Source: Trichodelitschia bisporula (lineage: Eukaryota). Taken from it: a stretch of DNA of 64,000 nucleotides. Both the position numbers and the translations under genes were made by a program. The stretch spans positions 403,697 through 467,696 of the forward strand of contig ML996699.1 in the NCBI GenBank assembly GCA_010356995.1, in the 5' to 3' direction. The notes under the pieces are model-generated. The model was not told the origin of the DNA. It searched no databases and worked only from the letters and a program-made list of their open reading frames with translations. Below, one piece after another: positions 58,961-64,000 of this stretch; position 1 is the first letter of the stretch, and every line of letters starts with the position of its first letter.

Positions 58961-59540
58961 GAGTCCCAAGCATGTCAAGCATCAGAAGAGGGAAACAACC
59001 GGTCAGAGATTGAAGCACCAAATGGTGCCCGATGCAGTACTTGCCGAAGTACCGGCAAGAATTACTAATATTTTCATATTCTCTGTGTTTTTACATCCTT
59101 TTACCCCGATACCCCGTCGTCCGCTGGACGCATTGTCCGAATAAAGCATTCAATATTGTCAACGTTGCATGTCACGGTCTGCTGCTGTTGAAGACCCGTG
59201 CATGCCGTCCAGATATTTTGATTTTAGGATCAAAATTTTGTCAACTTTTGGGGTTTCTACGGACTTTGGACAGTCGCCACGGAAAGCCGAGGTTGGACTG
59301 GCATCTGTCGTACCTTCCCCCACATGCAAGTTTCCTTGTCGTTCAAGTTAGTGCCTGGGCTAGCGGAGCATCCCGACGATCTGAGGCCCGAGTCCAACCC
59401 CGCAACTGAACGCGGGATAAAGCCGGGCACCCATCCGGCCGCGAATACGTGCTCGACTTCCTCACAGGTTTTCAATCGTTAAAGTGTGGCCCGGATACTT
59501 CCCCCCTACCTTGCTCCCAGCTCGAAAGACTACACCTTCG

Positions 59541-60440
59541 ACGCTCGTCGAGCTACGGTATCGAACGAGCTTTGCGATCAGCAACACGGGATGCTTGAGA
59601 GTCATTTGAACGGGGAAAGACTTCCTTCTTCCTGTGGATGCGCCGTTCCACATGCGAATGGTAGCAGTAGACACGCTCGTTAAAGCCTGGCGTGCCCGCT
59701 GCTGCGATTTTTATGTGAAAGGCTGCCTCTACTGGATGAAGGAAGTCTTTCCTGGAAAATGGCTCGACAGCACTCGAGGCGCTGGACGTGGCTTGCTTGG
59801 GACATGCTGTGAGAGCCTTGGATGTTGTCCTGACAGTTCCGCGTTGAGGGATGGAACCTTGGGTGTTTATCCGGCTTGTGCTGGACATCGGGATCGAAGC
59901 AGCCGCCATGTCCCGGGTTTACACCACCGACGAACTACCATCAACGCTCGTCAAGTCACGGTGTCAGACGAGCTTCACGATCAGCACGCGGGATGCCGGA
60001 GAGCCATTTTAACGGGGAAAGACTTCCTTCTTCCTGTGGAAGCGCCGTTTCACATGCAGATGGCGGCACCGGGCATGCTCCTTCGGATGTGACCTGTAGG
60101 GTGGCCAAGGCGCCGAGATCCATCGCAGTAGGTGTGATGGGCTCCCTCCACCGCCGCACTCGAGTGGAGAACAACGCGTGCTCGCTGCTGCCGTTTGGAT
60201 GTGAAAGGGGGCTTCCTGGGGATAAAGGAAGTCTTTCCTGGGAAGTGGCTTGATGGCACTCGAGGCGCTTGACGTGGCGCGGATTGGGACATGTTGTGAG
60301 GAGTTTTTGAATGCTGTCCCGACGGTTCTGCGCTGAGGATGGGACCTTGGGGTGTTCATCCGGCTTGGGGCTGGGCAGAGAGGGATCGAGGCAGTCGCTG
60401 GTTCCCGGGATTGCACCGCCGACGAGCGCTGTCCATCAAC
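59541..60440. repeat. Diverged tandem duplication (~59541-59945 and ~59944-60440), each unit containing an internal inverted repeat
   Basis: Shared blocks AACGGGGAAAGACTTCCTTCTTCCTGTGGA, AAGGAAGTCTTTCCTGG and GCACTCGAGGCGCT occur in both units in the same order. Confidence 0.85.
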
Positions 60441-61405
60441 AAAAACCGCGACTATCCTCGTTGCCGATAAAGATGAAGCGCACACCCGACCTCCAACAGC
60501 CTTTCCTTTCAATCCGCGTGGTTTGCAGATTTTGGGAAGGGACAAGCCGTTGTGCTAATGTAGTCATTCCCTTGGACGGCGAGATGTCAATGATTTGTTG
60601 CCACTTAGTCGTCTCATGGGGATGAACTTCATTCACAACGGCTCGTCCCTTCTCAAACGTCCAATCCATCAACCCATGTCCCTCAAGTCAAACAGCAATG
60701 AACGCAAATCCGCCCAAGTGCCTCCAACCCCGCCGCCGCCGGCTTGCCCTCACCGCCATCCACCAAAAGCCCCCTCCCCCCCACCCGTCTCCGTCTCCGT
60801 CTCCTAGAGGAACGACACGAGGGTTCGCGAACGCACGGAGCGCTGCGGTGGTGGGCATGCCGCCGGGCATGGAGCGGCGGGGGCTAAGGTTCTTCACTGC
60901 CGGGGCGGGGGGACGACATTTTCCCGCGTCCGTTACGGATTCGGGCCGGGCGCGGCGGTGTGGGACGGAATGGGGTTTCTCGGGGAGGAGAGGGAGGAGG
61001 ATGTGGGCATGGTATCGGCTGACGAAGTTGGCGTTGTACTGGCTTTCGGGTGTCGATACTCCGCCCACCTTCCCTTGTAGAACTAGATGGTTCATAGTTA
61101 GGCACTCTTCATTCCCAATCGTACCGAACTTTCGTTTCCAACCCCAGCCCCCCCCGTCTGCCCCTTATGGGACCGAACCAGCATCGCCATGACCACATCC
61201 GCGTCTCCAGGTCTCTGGGCTGTAATATTAGGACCGAAATGGCGTTTTTGTTCGTTGACGACGGAGCTGGGTTACACGTCGTTCAAGTCCGTTACCCGTT
61301 ACTCGTTACCCGCTCACGATGGACGTAGAAACAAAGAAGAGCCGGACGCCGTAACACCACGCACCACACTCGGACCGAAATGTCATACCAAATAACCATA
61401 AATGC

Positions 61406-61406
<1 letters not shown>

Positions 61407-61438
<32 letters not shown>
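61407..61438. repeat. Poly-C tract (32 nt)
   Basis: Homopolymer run. Confidence 0.95.
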
Positions 61439-61439
<1 letters not shown>

Positions 61440-61600
61440 CCTCTCCGTGGAGAGAGTCCTACATTCTACCTAACCCCCCAAAAAGCCCTCAACGTCAGTC
61501 GCTAAGCACGCATGCAACGCATCAACGCAACATCAAAAACCCACACATGCCCCATGCCATCCACCCAGCGTATGCAATCTAGCCATCACCACCCCCCCTC

Positions 61601-64000
61601 CTACCCCACCATCTCCTCCCCAACCACCCCCTCCCCCTCCGCCACACCCCCCTCCTCCCCCTCATCAACATCCTCCCACTCCGCCTCCTCAGTGGCATCC
61701 TCAGCCGCTTCCTCCGCCGCAATCACAGCCGACACCATCCCCGCCGCACCCCACACCGCCCCCTCAAAAAACTCCTGCACACTCAGAGCAACCTCGTCCG
61801 CCACGACCCGGGCATCAGCCTCCTTCTTCCGCGCAAACTTCTCCCCTTCCCTCTTCGCCTCCTGCATGCGCAGATCCTCCTCCCGGACACAACGGGCGCG
61901 TATTTCAGGTTTCTTCGCGCAGGCAGGACAGTGAAAACTCCCGACGCATACCTGGCACGGGCAGCTTGGGTTCAACTTAACGCACCCCTAGTCGCCACAC
62001 ATTAGCCCCATCCCTAACCCACACCAATGCACAAGTAAACTCACCTCACAAACCAGCACCCTACATCCCCCACACTCCCTCATCTCCGCCGCACACCTGG
62101 CCCTCACATCCCCCACAGGGCGTGTCGCCTGACAAAAATAGCTCCCACACCCCACCCACTGCACCGGATGCGCGCCATACCCAGGCAGCAACATCTTCCT
62201 CCTCTGCTCCTCCAGAAACCCGCCCGCCCGCGCCGCCTCATCCCTCTTCAACCCCGAGCAACTCAAACTCCGCGCCCTCGCCCCCGTCCCCGCCACCAAC
62301 CCCCTCCTCGGCAACTCAGGGATAGAGAAAGAAGGCGGCGCCGGAGCGGCACGGGGCAGCGCCAGCGACGTAGCGAGCAAGGGCGCGGAATCAGAAAGAC
62401 TAGCCGTAGACGCCGAGTCGTCCTCATCGCCCGGCGCCGCAGACGGCGGTCTGAAATCGGGAATCTGCAGATTCGCCAGCTCCAGCGCTCGGGGATGCAC
62501 GCTCGCCGCCGCCGCCAACCGTGCAGGCGCAGACCTTACATACTCCCTCTCCGTAAACAGCTCCCGAAACCCACAGCGCCTCAACTTCAACGCTCGAAAA
62601 TCATGTTCCTTACACAGCGGCTTCTTGCACTTCCTGCAATTAACCTTCCAGCGAAAAGAGCGGTAACAATCCTGACACAGACTCCGGGGACACGTCTGCG
62701 CCTGCAGATCCAAACTATCCTGCTGCAAATACGGCAGGATATCAATATTCCCCCCAATAATCTCCTCATACAGCATCGTATTCTTCATATTCGGCGCCAA
62801 GAGCAAGTTCATAAAGTCCGCATCCTCGTACTGTCTCTGCCGCGGCAGCGGCACCGCGCGGATCCGATCCGAGCCCTCGCCGCTGATGTTAGGCCCCAGG
62901 AAAGCCACGCCGCCTCCGCCCGAGAAAATGGGTTCCAGGCAGCACCAGTGCATGTTGAGCTTCGGCGGGGGCGGCGGCTGCGCGGACTGCGCCGCCTCGC
63001 CGCCCTCCTCCGAGTCATCCGTGTCCTCACCCGGCTGTGGCTCGCTCATCAGATTCGGCGAGCGGGTCGCGCCGGCCGCCCACCAGAACTTGCCGGCGCG
63101 GTCGCCCTGGCGGTGGGCATACCCGTGCGCGCCGCCAGAAGAATGTCGTGTCTTGGCGCGCTTGCTAGGAATGGGCCGGTTGAAGGCGCACGAGGCGCAC
63201 AGCGTCTTGCGGCAGCCCATGCAGTGCATCTTGATAGAGCAGGTCTCGCAGCGCTCGAGGATAGTCTCGTTGCACCCGTCGCAGCGCACATCCTCGACAA
63301 ACGTGCGGTGACTCTTGCGCAGGTGCGCCGGGACGTACTTCCCCTCGCCCACGGGCCCGTCCTCGGCGCCCAGCGGCTCGCCCTCGTGTCCGACATCGGC
63401 GTCCTCCCACAGACGCCCGCTCGGTCGTGTGCTGCTGCTGCCGCTGCTGCCGTTCTCGCTATTCGGCCCGCCGATGCGGTTCCCCGAGCGCCACAACCGG
63501 TCGAACGGCACCCAAACCTCGGTCGTGCCGGCGGCGGCGCGGTTGGAGTGGTAATCCTTGCGGCGGAAGCAGCGGGCGCCGGGGGTCGGACACCAGGCCG
63601 TGTCGGTCCAGATGCCGAGCTGGTGGCAGATCTCGATGAGTTCGTGCGTGGGCTCGGAGTCGGAGTCGCGGCGCACGAGCGACGAGGGGAGATACGGTCG
63701 TCGGCGGTGGTGTCGGCATCGGTACGTATACAGGCTCTTGAGCGCGAGGTCCGACTTGCCAAGCCAATGGGCGTTGGCGGGGTTTTGCAGCTGCAGGAAG
63801 GGAACAATGTGGTACTTAATCGAGACGTTTTTGCACCCGCGCACCGACAAATGTTCCAACGTGCTGACCCGCGGCTGAAGCACGCGCGACACCAGCGCTA
63901 CGCCCGACACCGCAGTATTGCACAAGTCCAAGCTCTTGAGGCGCGAGGCCATGGGCATGACGACGCGGATGAGCAGCGCATCGAGGGCGTACTGCTTGGA
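61601..64000 (-). CDS. LRR-like and Cys-rich protein, probably F-box family (5' end lies outside the window)
   Basis: Frame open to the window edge; LRR-like RLKSLDLCNTAV and TLEHLSVRGCKNVS; many CxxC pairs. Intron 62044-61988 joins the last exon (CPCQVC..HCPAC, acidic tail). The F-box itself is not visible. Confidence 0.8.

Noticed and set aside
61120..61385. Recurring (GG)ACCGAA motifs and a possible structured RNA gene
   Set aside because: Short motif with no convincing match to tRNA, snRNA or RNase P/MRP consensus elements.

Overview
Fungal nuclear DNA (filamentous ascomycete, inferred from short 41-68 nt GT-AG introns with CTAAC/CTGAC branch sites and from gene content), with one assembly gap (45468-45871). 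About 19 protein-coding genes can be assembled by hand. Recognisable ones are a PP2A activator (RRD1/PTPA), an IKS1-type kinase, exosome CSL4, a secreted class II peroxidase, a mitochondrial 2-oxoglutarate/malate-type carrier, SUMO ligase NSE2/MMS21, an XIP-type aquaporin, FHA-RING ligase DMA1, MPP alpha (MAS2), an Ego1/LAMTOR1-like anchor and a Cys-rich LRR (probably F-box) protein. The most striking feature is at the left edge: a minus-strand Myb/SANT-like protein carrying at least six repeated modules, each built around a copy of the histone H3 K27 tail. One copy matches fungal H3 residues 21-31 exactly (ASKAARKSAPS) and two have E or Q at the K27 position, making it a candidate multivalent histone mimic. 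Also notable are a large secreted PAN/mucin/CBM-like gene with two nonsense codons and two frameshifts, a secreted 13-aa repeat protein, and three intergenic fold-back structures. All calls come from reading the sequence; no database searches were run.
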